A stretch of DNA of 61,575 bases from a virus (Duplodnaviria; Caudoviricetes). Below the pieces are notes generated by a model that searched no databases, was not told the DNA's origin, and was given only the letters and a program-made list of their open reading frames with translations. The stretch covers positions 1 through 61,575 of IMG/VR virus record IMGVR_UViG_3300027743_000031; one strand, written 5' to 3'. A program made the translations under genes and the position numbers. Below are positions 36,009 to 46,076 of the stretch, piece by piece; the stretch's first letter is position 1, and each line of letters starts with the position of its first letter.

Positions 36009-36610
36009 ACGAGGAAGGGGCCATCAGGCTCGCCGGGTTGATCGCCGGTTGCACTCCGGGGTGGAACGCCGCCTCGCTGGAAGTGCTGGTTGACGAGTTC
36101 AGGTCGTGGCACGACGATGCGGCCGCAGTCACAGCGGTCAACAACATCTGTCATTCGTGGACGGGGCAGAACCGGCCCGCCCTTGGCGTGATCGTCAACG
36201 AGTACCGCCGCCAGACGCAGAAGAACCGGGACATGGAGGCAAGCATCGAACACGGCTCGGTGATGCCCGCCGACGAGGGGCGGTGGACCGCGAACCAAGC
36301 GCACCGCCGACAGTACGGACGGGACATCGGCACACCAGCCGGTGCTGATCCCGACCGGGCGGCGCAGGCGATCATGCGGCGCGGCCGGTTCGTCAACGGT
36401 CGCTACTGCGTCAACTTCCAGGACGTGATGAGCGACTTCGGTGGCGACGGCACGCTGGCCGAGAACTCGATCAAGGCGCTGGGGCGTCGGATCGTGCGCG
36501 AGTGGAACGGTGTCATCAACTTCACGCCCGACGCCCCCGAAGAACCTGCCGATGTTTCACATGAAACATCGGACGACCCACACCCAATCAACCCAACGGA
36601 GGGATTCTGA
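36005..36610 (+). CDS. Hypothetical protein (possible helicase-loader partner)
   Basis: ATGA overlap with the initiator gene; role inferred from synteny only. Confidence 0.6.
   Translation: MNEEGAIRLAGLIAGCTPGWNAASLEVLVDEFRSWHDDAAAVTAVNNICHSWTGQNRPALGVIVNEYRRQTQKNRDMEASIEHGSVMPADEGRWTANQAHRRQYGRDIGTPAGADPDRAAQAIMRRGRFVNGRYCVNFQDVMSDFGGDGTLAENSIKALGRRIVREWNGVINFTPDAPEEPADVSHETSDDPHPINPTEGF
36553..36568. promoter_or_regulatory. parS: parS-like site
   Basis: TGTTTCACATGAAACA, one mismatch to the bacterial consensus TGTTTCACGTGAAACA. Confidence 0.75.
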
Positions 36611-36751
36611 TGCTGCTCACACGTGAGGACTGGGAGCGACTCGGCCGCATGGTCGCTCGCCTGGAAGGGGAGTACCCCGAGGACGCAGCGCTGCTGCTGA
36701 AGATCATCAACCAAGCCGCCCCCGAGGGTGCGGACAACTGAAGGGAACCAC

Positions 36752-37003
36752 ATGACATTCAGGATCGAGAAGATCGTCGCCTTCACGTCGATTGACGAGG
36801 ACGACGAGGAGGGGGTGTGCGCGTTCCTCGCGCCGAACGGCACATGGATGCCGCTGATCGGCGCGGACGAGGAGCGCATCACCAGCCTTCGCATCAAGGC
36901 CCAGGAGGTCGCGACCATGACCCAGCGGCCGGTGCAACTGCGCCGGTTCACCGAGTCGGAAGTGATCGAAACCATCGAGCCGGAAGCGTGGGACCAGTCG
37001 TGA
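36752..37003 (+). CDS. Hypothetical protein
   Basis: SD; EGVCAF...WMPLIGAD. Confidence 0.7.
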   Translation: MTFRIEKIVAFTSIDEDDEEGVCAFLAPNGTWMPLIGADEERITSLRIKAQEVATMTQRPVQLRRFTESEVIETIEPEAWDQS

Positions 37004-37461
37004 AGTACCACATCGACAGCCTCGTCCCGCACCTCCACAACGTGATCGAGGAGTACGACGGCAAGATCCCGTGGAAGGCGATCGGCGTGTTCCCTGACGA
37101 GAACTCAGCCGGTCCGCCCGAGGCGTGGTGGAACAGCTTCGTCTACACCGTGGGGCTGACGCCGGACCTCGACCTGTGGATGCCCTGCACGTCGATCGAG
37201 GGGCGGTACATGGGGCCGCAGTTGACGTGCGAGATTCTGAACATCCTCGGCGCGGCGTTCCGTCAGGCTGCCATCGGGCCGCACGACGACATCATCGTGC
37301 CGCTCGGCGTACCGGACGGTGCCGACGTGGACTGCGTGGTGTGGGTGGGGCCGCACGGGGAGCCGTCGCGCTACCGGCAGGCGAACTTCTCCGATGCCGA
37401 TTGGGTCGTGCCGATCGCCTGGACGAGTGGATTGGGGTGGCCTGATGAAGACGAGGAGTGA
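37000..37461 (+). CDS. Hypothetical protein
   Basis: GTGA overlap; FVYTVGL. Confidence 0.6.
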   Translation: MKYHIDSLVPHLHNVIEEYDGKIPWKAIGVFPDENSAGPPEAWWNSFVYTVGLTPDLDLWMPCTSIEGRYMGPQLTCEILNILGAAFRQAAIGPHDDIIVPLGVPDGADVDCVVWVGPHGEPSRYRQANFSDADWVVPIAWTSGLGWPDEDEE

Positions 37462-37867
37462 GCCGTGCTCGGCGTGCCCGTACAAGCGGAGCACGCCGAG
37501 CGGCGTGTGGTCGCATCACGAGTACGAGAAGCTGCGCGGCTACGACGAGCCGACCGCGGACCAGCCGTACGCGACGTTCGCCTGTCACGCCACGCCGGAC
37601 CACAACTGCCACGGCTGGGTGGCGGTCCACATGAACCGCGGTCACGACCGCGAACTGATCGCGCTGCGCTTGTGGCCGACCGACTTCGTTCCCGACAAGG
37701 ACGACCTCCGCTTCTACGAGAGCGGCAACGAGGCGGCTGACTACGGCCAGTTGCCCAAGGACATCGCAGCCGACTCGACCATCGAGCGGCTGCTGCGGAA
37801 GAACCCACGCCTCCGCGAGCGTGACCCGTGGGAGGAAGAGAGGATGCACGATGAGCTCGGATGGTGA
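37445..37867 (+). CDS. DUF6283-like Cys-rich protein
   Basis: PCSACPYKR...SGVW...EYEKL...YD...FACH...CHGW. Confidence 0.7.
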   Translation: MKTRSEPCSACPYKRSTPSGVWSHHEYEKLRGYDEPTADQPYATFACHATPDHNCHGWVAVHMNRGHDRELIALRLWPTDFVPDKDDLRFYESGNEAADYGQLPKDIAADSTIERLLRKNPRLRERDPWEEERMHDELGW

Positions 37868-38150
37868 CATCCCACTCGTCATCTGCATGACCGTGGCACT
37901 GATGCCCGAGGCGTCAGTGCCTGCGCGACCGGCGTTCTGCAATGACTGCGGAGAGCCGGTGTGGGTGGCGAACTCGACGCCGCCCGCGATCCCGGTCTGC
38001 GTGTGGTGCGGGGAGAAGTACATGGGGCCGGACTCGGAGATGATCTTCACCGAGGAACAGCGCGCCGACCTGAACGAGCACGGTGTCACGGATGAGGAGA
38101 TCGAACAGATCAAGAGCCGTGCCAAGCGGATGTTCGGCAAGAGGGTATGA
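37851..38150 (+). CDS. Zn-ribbon hypothetical protein
   Basis: CNDC...CVWC. Confidence 0.6.
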   Translation: MSSDGDIPLVICMTVALMPEASVPARPAFCNDCGEPVWVANSTPPAIPVCVWCGEKYMGPDSEMIFTEEQRADLNEHGVTDEEIEQIKSRAKRMFGKRV

Positions 38151-38449
38151 GCGAGAGGGACATCACCAAGAAGGAGGCGCACGCGGTCGCGCAGTCCCAG
38201 GGGAAGATCCGGGAGATGCTGGCGCGGGCGATGCCGTGCGAAGTGTGCGGTGGCAAGGTGCTCACGCCGGGGCGCACGCGGCACTTCATGTGCGACCCCG
38301 ACAGCCTGGTCGGGCGGGCGTGTACGTGCCCGCCGAATTGTTCACTGACCGCGTGGGGAAATGGTCCGGCAGAGTGCGATAGAAATTGCGTGCCGTGTCG
38401 GATCAATCGCGGCAAGTCGCTCGTTGAGAAACGCGCGAAAGGTGGTTGA
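38147..38449 (+). CDS. Cys-rich hypothetical protein
   Basis: ATGA overlap; several CxxC motifs. Confidence 0.6.
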   Translation: MSERDITKKEAHAVAQSQGKIREMLARAMPCEVCGGKVLTPGRTRHFMCDPDSLVGRACTCPPNCSLTAWGNGPAECDRNCVPCRINRGKSLVEKRAKGG

Positions 38450-38667
38450 GCGGCTGGGGCCGTTCATCCAATGAGGCATGTCGAGTGGAGGTGGTTCGGT
38501 AGCGCACCTGTCATGGGGTGCGCTGTTCGACACCGGCCTTTGCGTTGTTGGTTCCGCGACTCCACTCGGCAGCCATCCTCCCTGGGTATGCACCCCGCCC
38601 AGCGGCGGGTGTAGTAACATACGCCTTGTGGCGGGAGATCCGACCTGCCTGACAAGGAGAACCAACA

Positions 38668-39150
38668 ATGACCATTGCCGAAGAGCTTGCCGCGCTCGAC
38701 GACCCCACCGAGGGGAGCATGGCAGAACTGGTGACACGACTGCGCGACGCACGCGCTATCGCCGCTCAGTTCAACGAGTTATCGACTGTTATCGAATTGG
38801 AAATCGCCGCCCGCATGGAGGGCGACAACCTGACGGTCCCGCACGTCGGACATATTCGCCGTGTCCCACAGAAGCGGAGCCAGTGGAAGGACGAGGATTC
38901 GGCCGAGCGCTTTCGCGACTACGTGGCCGAAACGGTGGTCCGCGTTGTTGCGCTTGATCTTGCCTCCGGTGAAGTTGACATCACCAAGCGCAACATCGCG
39001 CGAGCCACCATCGGCGAACTCTACGACATCATCCCGTCCTTCTCGGACGTCAAGGCAAGGGGAAAGCGCATGGGCATCGACGTGTCGGAATTCCGCACGG
39101 TCAGTTACGTCGACAAGATCGAGTTCGACCTGGATGCGGAGGCGCAATGA
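38668..39150 (+). CDS. Hypothetical protein
   Basis: AAGGAG RBS. Confidence 0.75.
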   Translation: MTIAEELAALDDPTEGSMAELVTRLRDARAIAAQFNELSTVIELEIAARMEGDNLTVPHVGHIRRVPQKRSQWKDEDSAERFRDYVAETVVRVVALDLASGEVDITKRNIARATIGELYDIIPSFSDVKARGKRMGIDVSEFRTVSYVDKIEFDLDAEAQ

Positions 39151-39437
39151 ACGTCTCCATCATCCTCGACCTCACGCTGCGCAAGGACGTTGATCCGGAC
39201 AAGGTTGGCGAAGCGATCTTCGACTTCCTGGCCGAGTTCGGTGACGACGTTGTGACCGGCATCGACACGGTGAACGGGTACGACTACAGGATCGTGCCGG
39301 AATGAGCAGCGACCGTCACTTCGTGTGCGGCGGCTGCCACGGCGTCGTCAGCGTCCCCCACGGGCGGCGCAAGATCACGCTCGACCAAGTGCGCGAGACG
39401 CACCACCACTCCTGCCCGTCAAGGGGGGTGACGCGCC

Positions 39438-40094
39438 GTGAAGTGGTCTGAGGAGAACGGGGAAGTGCGGATGCAGTTCTGCGCGGCACTGGCCGCGGTC
39501 GAGAACATCGCCAAGACGCAGCAGGTGGACACGGGCAAGTACACGTACTCCTACGCCGACCTGGGCGACGTGATCGATGAGGTCAAGCGGGTGTTGGAGA
39601 TGCACGACCTGACCTTCGTGCAGGAGACTGGTACGGAGGGCGAGAGGATGACCCTGACGACCACCGTGCTCCACCCCAAGACGGGGCAGTGGGTCGAGTT
39701 CGGCGCTCTGGCGATCAAGATGCCCAACGACGCTCAGGGGGTGGGATCGGCGCTCACCTACGCACGCCGGTACAGCCTCCTGACCATCTTCGCGATCGCC
39801 CCGGAGGACGATGACGGACGCGCTGCAACGCTGTCTGCCACCGTCCAACCGGGGCGTCGCACCGAGGCCGAGCGGCTGATCCGCGAGTCGATCGCCAAGA
39901 TGGACGCCGAGCAGCGGACGGCGTTCGTGGAGCAGTTCAAGTTCAACTTCGGAGTGGGCCTAGCCGACCTGCCCGCCAACAAGCACGGCGAGGCATTGAC
40001 GTGGGCGCGCGAGTGGGAACGCCAGCAACTCGACCCGACGATCTTCAACGGCGACCCAGACATCGCCACTGCCGACAGCATGACAACCGAATGA
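39438..40094 (+). CDS. erf: ERF-family single-strand annealing protein
   Basis: YSYADL and QGVGSALTYARRYSL...EDDDG signature. Confidence 0.9.
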   Translation: MKWSEENGEVRMQFCAALAAVENIAKTQQVDTGKYTYSYADLGDVIDEVKRVLEMHDLTFVQETGTEGERMTLTTTVLHPKTGQWVEFGALAIKMPNDAQGVGSALTYARRYSLLTIFAIAPEDDDGRAATLSATVQPGRRTEAERLIRESIAKMDAEQRTAFVEQFKFNFGVGLADLPANKHGEALTWAREWERQQLDPTIFNGDPDIATADSMTTE

Positions 40095-40104
40095 AAGGAA
40101 CCAC

Positions 40105-40821
40105 ATGACAGAGCACAGAGCAAAGCTGCCCGATGGGCTGCCGTCGAGGATGAAGGGGCTGGCGCGCGACAGCGCGGGTAGACCCATCCCGTTCTTCGTC
40201 GGCTACCCGGACGGGGAGACACCGGACTTCCGCACGATGGACGGGCCGAAGCTGCGCCAGGCGATCATCAAGGACCTCTGCTGGGTCTGCGGTGAGCGGC
40301 TGCTGCGTCGCTACGGCAGTCACTACGGGACGTTCGTGGCGGGGCCGATGTGCCTCGTCAACTTGACCAGCGCCGAGCCGCCATCGCATCACGACTGTGC
40401 GCTGTGGAGCGCGCGGGCCTGCCCCTTCCTGGCGAACCCGAACAAGGTGCGCCGGGAGACGGGAATGGAGGGCCTGCTGGAGAACACGGCGGGCATCGCC
40501 ATCGCTCGCAACCCCGGCGTGACCGCGCTGATCGAGTGCTCCAAGTGGGAAATCTGGAACCCAGGCAATGGGTTGCTGTTCCGCATGAAGCAGGTGTCAG
40601 CCGTCAGGTGGCTGGCGCACGGCGAAGAGGCGTCCGTCAAGCAGGTGATGGAGTCGATCGAGACGGGCCTGCCCGCGCTGCATCAGATGTCCATCGAGGA
40701 CGGCCACGGTGCGGAGGATGAGTTGAAGCGCATGGTCAAGCGGGCGCTCGGATGGGTGCCCGACTGGGACGTGGCGCTCAACACGGGGGACTACCCACTG
40801 ACTGCGGAGTTGGCATCGTGA
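40105..40821 (+). CDS. Hypothetical protein
   Basis: Strong SD; CWVCG...EPPSHHDC...ACPFL. Confidence 0.75.
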   Translation: MTEHRAKLPDGLPSRMKGLARDSAGRPIPFFVGYPDGETPDFRTMDGPKLRQAIIKDLCWVCGERLLRRYGSHYGTFVAGPMCLVNLTSAEPPSHHDCALWSARACPFLANPNKVRRETGMEGLLENTAGIAIARNPGVTALIECSKWEIWNPGNGLLFRMKQVSAVRWLAHGEEASVKQVMESIETGLPALHQMSIEDGHGAEDELKRMVKRALGWVPDWDVALNTGDYPLTAELAS

Positions 40822-41090
40822 CCGACATCGTGTGGGACAACACGCTGGATCAGGGCGCGTACCGCGCCCAGGTTCAGCGCGACGACAACGAGCCTTACCG
40901 TGGCCTGCTGGTCGTGGTCGATGACAACGGCAACGTCATCCACAAGGAGCAAGTGGGGCTGGCCTACGCGGCCCGCTTCGGCCCCGACGTGGACGACGTG
41001 AACACGTGGATGGAGCGCACGGTCGAGGTCATCGACAATCCGGCGCTCCGCCGCCCGGACGAAGGCGAGCACCCGGAGGACATCCAGTGA
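40818..41090 (+). CDS. Hypothetical protein
   Basis: GTGA overlap; FGPDVDDV. Confidence 0.65.
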   Translation: MTDIVWDNTLDQGAYRAQVQRDDNEPYRGLLVVVDDNGNVIHKEQVGLAYAARFGPDVDDVNTWMERTVEVIDNPALRRPDEGEHPEDIQ

Positions 41091-41335
41091 TGTCGGACGG
41101 GAAGTGCCGCCGTTGCCAGCAGCCGATCCGGTGGGGCGTGACCGAGGCGAACGGTCGGCCGATCCCGGTCAACCCGACGCCGGACCCGAACGGGATCATG
41201 TGGATCGTGCGCTGGGAGACGAACAGCACTCCGGTGTTCGCGGTCGCCAGCAACGACCGCCCGGTCCCGAACACCGAGCCGTTCCGCTACACGGCGCACT
41301 TCGCAACGTGTGCCGACACCAAGGGCAAGTCGTGA
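41090..41335 (+). CDS. Zn-binding hypothetical protein
   Basis: CRRC...IRW...HFATC. Confidence 0.65.
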   Translation: MSDGKCRRCQQPIRWGVTEANGRPIPVNPTPDPNGIMWIVRWETNSTPVFAVASNDRPVPNTEPFRYTAHFATCADTKGKS

Positions 41336-41694
41336 GCGAGACGCGGGAGGAGATGTTGAAGTCGCTGATCGCTCGGCACCACCTCGTGCTCAACCGCTTT
41401 GAGCCGCACCTGGGGTGCTGCGTGTGCCGCGGTGAGTTGACCAACGGGCGCTGCTTGGAGTGCGACCCGTTGCCAGCGCCCAACCCGTGGCCCAACCACC
41501 TGCTGCTGGCGGCGGGCGACACGGCGACCTTGTGCGGGATCAAGCACCGCGAGAAGCGGTTCTACCCGCACTGCTTGATGGAGTTCGCGCCGGACCACGC
41601 CTACCCGATGGCGCGGTGCGTCGAGTGCTACACCCGAGCGTTTCTGACCAACATGCTGAGCGAGGAGGACTATGACCGAGATTCGGGTGGGTGA
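41332..41694 (+). CDS. Cys-rich hypothetical protein
   Basis: GTGA overlap. Confidence 0.55.
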   Translation: MSETREEMLKSLIARHHLVLNRFEPHLGCCVCRGELTNGRCLECDPLPAPNPWPNHLLLAAGDTATLCGIKHREKRFYPHCLMEFAPDHAYPMARCVECYTRAFLTNMLSEEDYDRDSGG

Positions 41695-41935
41695 GCAGAA
41701 CGACGGGCCGTTCCGCGATCCCGAACTGAACAACGCAGACGCGCTGACGGCGATGCTCGACGTGACCCAGGAGATGACGCGGGTGGCGCTGCACTGCCGC
41801 CTGCGCTTGCTCGACTTGGGGTTCAGCGACAGCCACACGCTGTGCAAGGAGCTCGACACGACCGCGGCCAAGTACGCCACCTCGCAGGAGCTCATCCGTC
41901 GTCACATGAGGTGGATGGCGAATGATCCGCTGTGA
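41672..41935 (+). CDS. Hypothetical protein
   Basis: GGAGG RBS. Confidence 0.55.
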   Translation: MTEIRVGEQNDGPFRDPELNNADALTAMLDVTQEMTRVALHCRLRLLDLGFSDSHTLCKELDTTAAKYATSQELIRRHMRWMANDPL

Positions 41936-42090
41936 CCTGGACAGGTGCAACAACGTGGCGATCGTGCTCGTCCACTTCCGCGGCCAGCACACGCCGAGGC
42001 CGTACTGCCGGTATCACGCATTCGACAAGAAGGGAAACATCCGCTGGAAGGCGGTTCACATCGGGCATATTGAGCGCATCGGGAGGTGAC

Positions 42091-42375
42091 ATGGAAACGA
42101 GCGAAGTCAAGGAGACGTACAGCACGGACGAGACGGCCGAACTCGTCGGCGTCACCTACCGCCAACTCGACTACTGGCTCAGGCAGGGGATCATCGTGAT
42201 CGGAGCCAACACCCGCGGCAGCGGGACGCATCGGCGGTTCACACACGTCGAGGTCGCGAAGCTGAAGGCTTTCGTGGCGACCTATTCAGAGGCCCTGGGA
42301 ATCTTGGAATCGTTCTCGTCCGGTCGCCTGTGGGCGGCGTTGGATGAGGACGAGTCGGTGTGGTCGCCCGACTGA
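42091..42375 (+). CDS. MerR-family HTH regulator
   Basis: YSTDETAELVGVTYRQLDYW...GSGTHRRF; GGAGG RBS. Confidence 0.85.
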   Translation: METSEVKETYSTDETAELVGVTYRQLDYWLRQGIIVIGANTRGSGTHRRFTHVEVAKLKAFVATYSEALGILESFSSGRLWAALDEDESVWSPD

Positions 42376-42585
42376 CGGCGAAAGAGGCCAAGCGGCTCGG
42401 CCTTGATCTTTCATCGGCCGGTGAAATTCACCACACGAAGAAAGATCGCAAGCCGCGCGAGCCGTACCACACGCGGTGCGTGAAGTGTGGCGAGGACTTC
42501 ACGACGGAGGCTGCTGAAGCGCGGCACATGAACACCACCGAGCATCGGCGTTTCGAACTGGTGCTCACAACCGAAAGGAACCCAC

Positions 42586-42891
42586 ATGAGTGATCCAAAC
42601 TACGACGACGACGAGCCCATCGTCGTTGACTCGCTGACCGGCGTGGTCGCGCCGGAACTGCCGGGCATGCCCCAGCCGCCAGAGCCGGACGAGGAGGACC
42701 GGCCCAACTACCTGAAGGTGTTCGACGCCGCGAGCGGTGCCGTTGCCGTGGCGCTGGACAGCGTGCGCCAGTCACTGGCGCATCTGCGTGCTCAGCGGGA
42801 GGAGATCAACGAGCACATCCGTCAGCTTGTCGGTGAAGAGCGGCGGCTGAACTCGATGGTTCACATCGCCAACAAGAAGGCCGATTCGTGA
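42586..42891 (+). CDS. Hypothetical protein (coiled-coil C-terminus)
   Basis: Strong SD. Confidence 0.7.
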   Translation: MSDPNYDDDEPIVVDSLTGVVAPELPGMPQPPEPDEEDRPNYLKVFDAASGAVAVALDSVRQSLAHLRAQREEINEHIRQLVGEERRLNSMVHIANKKADS

Positions 42892-43367
42892 TCCTCGCGG
42901 TGCTTGTACTGCTCCTTGCACCGATCCTGCCGCCCGCCCCGGACGGGGGGATCGAGGGCGGTGCGGCAGCGTCGGCTCAGGCAGTGCGGGTGAACCCACC
43001 AGCCCCACCTCCACCGCTCGTGGAGACAGGACTCTACGGCCTGCCGTTCGCTCCCGAGGGACTGAATGATTGCCAGGAGATGAACTTCTACCGAGTGCAG
43101 TGGGGGCTGCCCGCGGTGTTCGACGCGATCGGTTGGCGCGAGTCCAACTGCCGCAACGAGGACGGCGTTCACACGTCGTGCTGCTGGGGCTACTGGCAAC
43201 TGTGGATCGGGCTGCAAGTGCAGGACCACCGGATGCAGCCGAGGCTGGCGTGGTGCGACGTTGACCACTACTCGGACGTGAACAGTGACGTGCCGATCGA
43301 CAAGCAGCGGCAGGCGTGCGCGACGGCGCAGTTGTACGCCGAGGATGGGATGTCGCCGTGGCAATGA
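42888..43367 (+). CDS. Secreted lytic-transglycosylase-like protein
   Basis: Signal peptide; WRESNC (catalytic ES), GYWQL and GMSPW. Confidence 0.7.
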   Translation: MILAVLVLLLAPILPPAPDGGIEGGAAASAQAVRVNPPAPPPPLVETGLYGLPFAPEGLNDCQEMNFYRVQWGLPAVFDAIGWRESNCRNEDGVHTSCCWGYWQLWIGLQVQDHRMQPRLAWCDVDHYSDVNSDVPIDKQRQACATAQLYAEDGMSPWQ

Positions 43368-44186
43368 ACGGGAAGTGCTCGGCGTGTGACAACGACGCGG
43401 CGGTGATCGTCAACGGGGGAGCGTGGTGCATCGACCACGTGGATGAAGCGTTCAAGGAAGTGCGCGGGCTGATCGACCGCGGACTGGAAGTCCTCAACAA
43501 CGATCCCGACGAAAGGACGCAATGAACCAGCTACCACCACCAGACCCGAGGACGCGCAAGCGCCCCCCTCAGAAGCCGCCCTCGGTATGGGTCCCGAGGG
43601 CGGCAGTGATCGACCCGCTGATCCAGAAAGAGTGGGAGAAGCGGTTGCAGTCGGGGGACTACGCAAGGCGGCGCGGATGAACGTGTCGTCAACGAGAGAA
43701 GAGCGCCTGGTCGAACTCGGGCGTGAAGTGCAGCGAGCGGAGCACATGGCGCAGGCGTTGGCGAGTCTCGCCCACTCCATTGCCCAGTCACCCGCGCCGG
43801 TCGGCTCCTACGGGCCGATCTGGGCCAAGGTGGCAGACCGGCTGCTGTCCGACGCACGGCGGGTACACGCCGAGGCCGAGCCGTTGCGCCACCGGATCAC
43901 CGACATCACCGCGCAGATCGACCGTCTACGCCAAGGCACGGAGGCTCAGTTCGATGAAGCTGAGACGGCCGCGGTGTGAGACGTGCGGCGGGCGCGCAGT
44001 GGCGGGCGTGAACGACGTCCACTTCTGCGCGACCCACTTCCGCGATGGGGTGATCACCCAAGTGCGGCTCGGCACCTACCGCAATGGCGCGCCGCCCGAT
44101 GTCGTCCAAGCCGCGGGCGAGTGGATGGCAGACCTGATCGACAACGATCCCGAGATTCAACGCAAGATGCAATGAAAGGAACCACC

Positions 44187-44426
44187 ATGACAACACTGGA
44201 CCAACCGAAGGGCTTTGACCCGCCCAAGGACTTCGACAACCCTGACCACGCGGTCGCCACGGGGATGACGCTCGCGTACCTGACGCTGAACGACATCTCC
44301 GTGGTGCCGATCCTCGACGGCGACAACAACTTCACGACGGACCTGCTGATCCAGTTCCCGCCGATGTTCGAAGATGCCGTGCAGTTGGAGATTCGGGTGC
44401 GCGTGCTGTGGGAGCCGGGGACATGA
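44187..44426 (+). CDS. Hypothetical protein
   Basis: Strong SD. Confidence 0.65.
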   Translation: MTTLDQPKGFDPPKDFDNPDHAVATGMTLAYLTLNDISVVPILDGDNNFTTDLLIQFPPMFEDAVQLEIRVRVLWEPGT

Positions 44427-44758
44427 CCTACTACGGAGCAGACGACGGGTTGCTCAACGACCCGGACTTCAAGGAGTGGGCTGAGCATCAGCGGGTGAAC
44501 GTGATGCCGATGATGCAGGACAGCGCGCTGGTCGTCAGCCTCGTCCCCACGGGCGACGCCGACATCAAGTTCGCCGTCGAGTTGGGCCTGGCGATCATGC
44601 TCGACAAGCCGCTCATCTGTGTCATCTCGCCGGGGCAGATCATCGCCGGGAAGCTGCGGATGGTGGCCGACGAGATCGTGGAGTGGGCACCGGGCGACAC
44701 GCCGGATGAACTGATGGCGAAGCTGAACGCGATCAAGAAGCGGTATCCGGACGCATGA
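44423..44758 (+). CDS. Hypothetical protein
   Basis: KFAVELGLAIMLDKPLI motif. Confidence 0.65.
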   Translation: MTYYGADDGLLNDPDFKEWAEHQRVNVMPMMQDSALVVSLVPTGDADIKFAVELGLAIMLDKPLICVISPGQIIAGKLRMVADEIVEWAPGDTPDELMAKLNAIKKRYPDA

Positions 44759-45369
44759 CCAAGATCGTCTTCCGCCCGCGGGGACCGTGGACCCGCATCA
44801 CCAAGACCCCGGTAACTCACCCATTCGACACGACGTGGATGAAGACCCTCGACCTACTCCGCACCGAGGCGTACAACCTGAAGCGGCGCGCCATCGCCTA
44901 CGAGGATGAGGTCGTCATCGAAGTCGATGTCGCGGAGAAGGACATCCGTATCGACGGCCACCTGAGAGCGAACACCAGCGTCGGCAGCGATGGTGTGCGT
45001 GTGTTCATCGACAGCAAGCACGGCCCGCTGGTGTACGCCTGCGACAACTTCACCGGGCACGGCAAGCTGCGTGGTTGGCAGGCCAACGTCAGAGCGATCG
45101 CGGTCGCGTTGGAGAACCTGAGACGTGTGGACCGCTACGGCGTGAGCGGCCACGGCGAGCAGTACAAGGGGTGGGTGGCGCTCGACCCGCCGAAGCCCTA
45201 CGGCGCGATCGACGTGATCGTGTCGGTCATCGGGTGGACGAGAGAGCAGGTCAAGGCCGACCAGGTGGGCGCGTACCGGCAAGCGCTGAAGAAGGCCCAC
45301 CCGGATCATGGCGGCACCCGGGAACTGCTCCAAGCGGTGATGACAGCGGGGAAGGAGTTGGGGCTGTGA
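44755..45369 (+). CDS. Protein with truncated C-terminal J-domain
   Basis: AYRQALKKAHPDHGG (HPD); WQANVRAIA...LRRVDRYGV. Confidence 0.75.
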   Translation: MTKIVFRPRGPWTRITKTPVTHPFDTTWMKTLDLLRTEAYNLKRRAIAYEDEVVIEVDVAEKDIRIDGHLRANTSVGSDGVRVFIDSKHGPLVYACDNFTGHGKLRGWQANVRAIAVALENLRRVDRYGVSGHGEQYKGWVALDPPKPYGAIDVIVSVIGWTREQVKADQVGAYRQALKKAHPDHGGTRELLQAVMTAGKELGL

Positions 45370-45858
45370 GTGACGACCGCTCCATCACCTGCCCCCGCTG
45401 TCACGCCACATCGTTCCACCCCCAGGACATCGCCACCGGCTACTGCGGCGCGTGCCACTGGTGGACCAGCGATCACGTCCTGGGACGGATCAACCCGAGA
45501 GGAGGCGTCAGCATGAAGGTCACGCTGACAGAGGCGTGTGGCATCGTCCACGAAGTCGAGGCCGAGTTGGTCGGCGTCGAAGAGGACGGCTACCTGTTCT
45601 ACGCCGCCAAGTTCGACATCGACGGCACGGCTCTGTTCGACGCAGAGATCAACGTGGACGAGCTTCCCGCTCATGCGAGCGTCACGATCGAAGCGGGGAG
45701 GCCCGATGGATGAGCCGCCGTTCGATCCACGCAAGGAACAGTGGAGCCACGCCGCCACCGTGGGGTGCGCGGTGCTGGTCGCGCTGTTGGCGTTCTCGTT
45801 CATCGCGCCGCTCATCGTCTTGTTCTGGCGGTGGGTGCTCTGATGTATGTTTGCCGCC

Positions 45859-46056
45859 ATGAGTGACACACCAGCAACACCAGAAGAGACCCCGGCCGAG
45901 GAGTACCCGACGACGCCCGAGACCACGGAAGCGGAGGCACCCGAATCGGGTGAGGCCGAAGCTGCACCGGAGTCGGGGAACAAGGGCTGGGACGGTACGC
46001 CGCCTGGCCTGAACGCCGAGGACGACGACGCCGAGGCGGCAGACGACCCGGAGTAG
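45859..46056 (+). CDS. Very acidic small protein
   Basis: 65 aa with about 21 D/E and one K; TATGTT 7 nt upstream. Confidence 0.6.
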   Translation: MSDTPATPEETPAEEYPTTPETTEAEAPESGEAEAAPESGNKGWDGTPPGLNAEDDDAEAADDPE

Positions 46057-46076
46057 AAGGTCTACGCTCGCGAATC

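Noticed and set aside
38498-38535. tRNA-like sequence (GGTAGCGCACC...TCATGGGGTG, GTTCGA) reminiscent of tRNA-Pro
   Set aside because: I could not build a cloverleaf: there is no acceptor stem, proper T-arm or CCA, and the segment folds as a simple hairpin.
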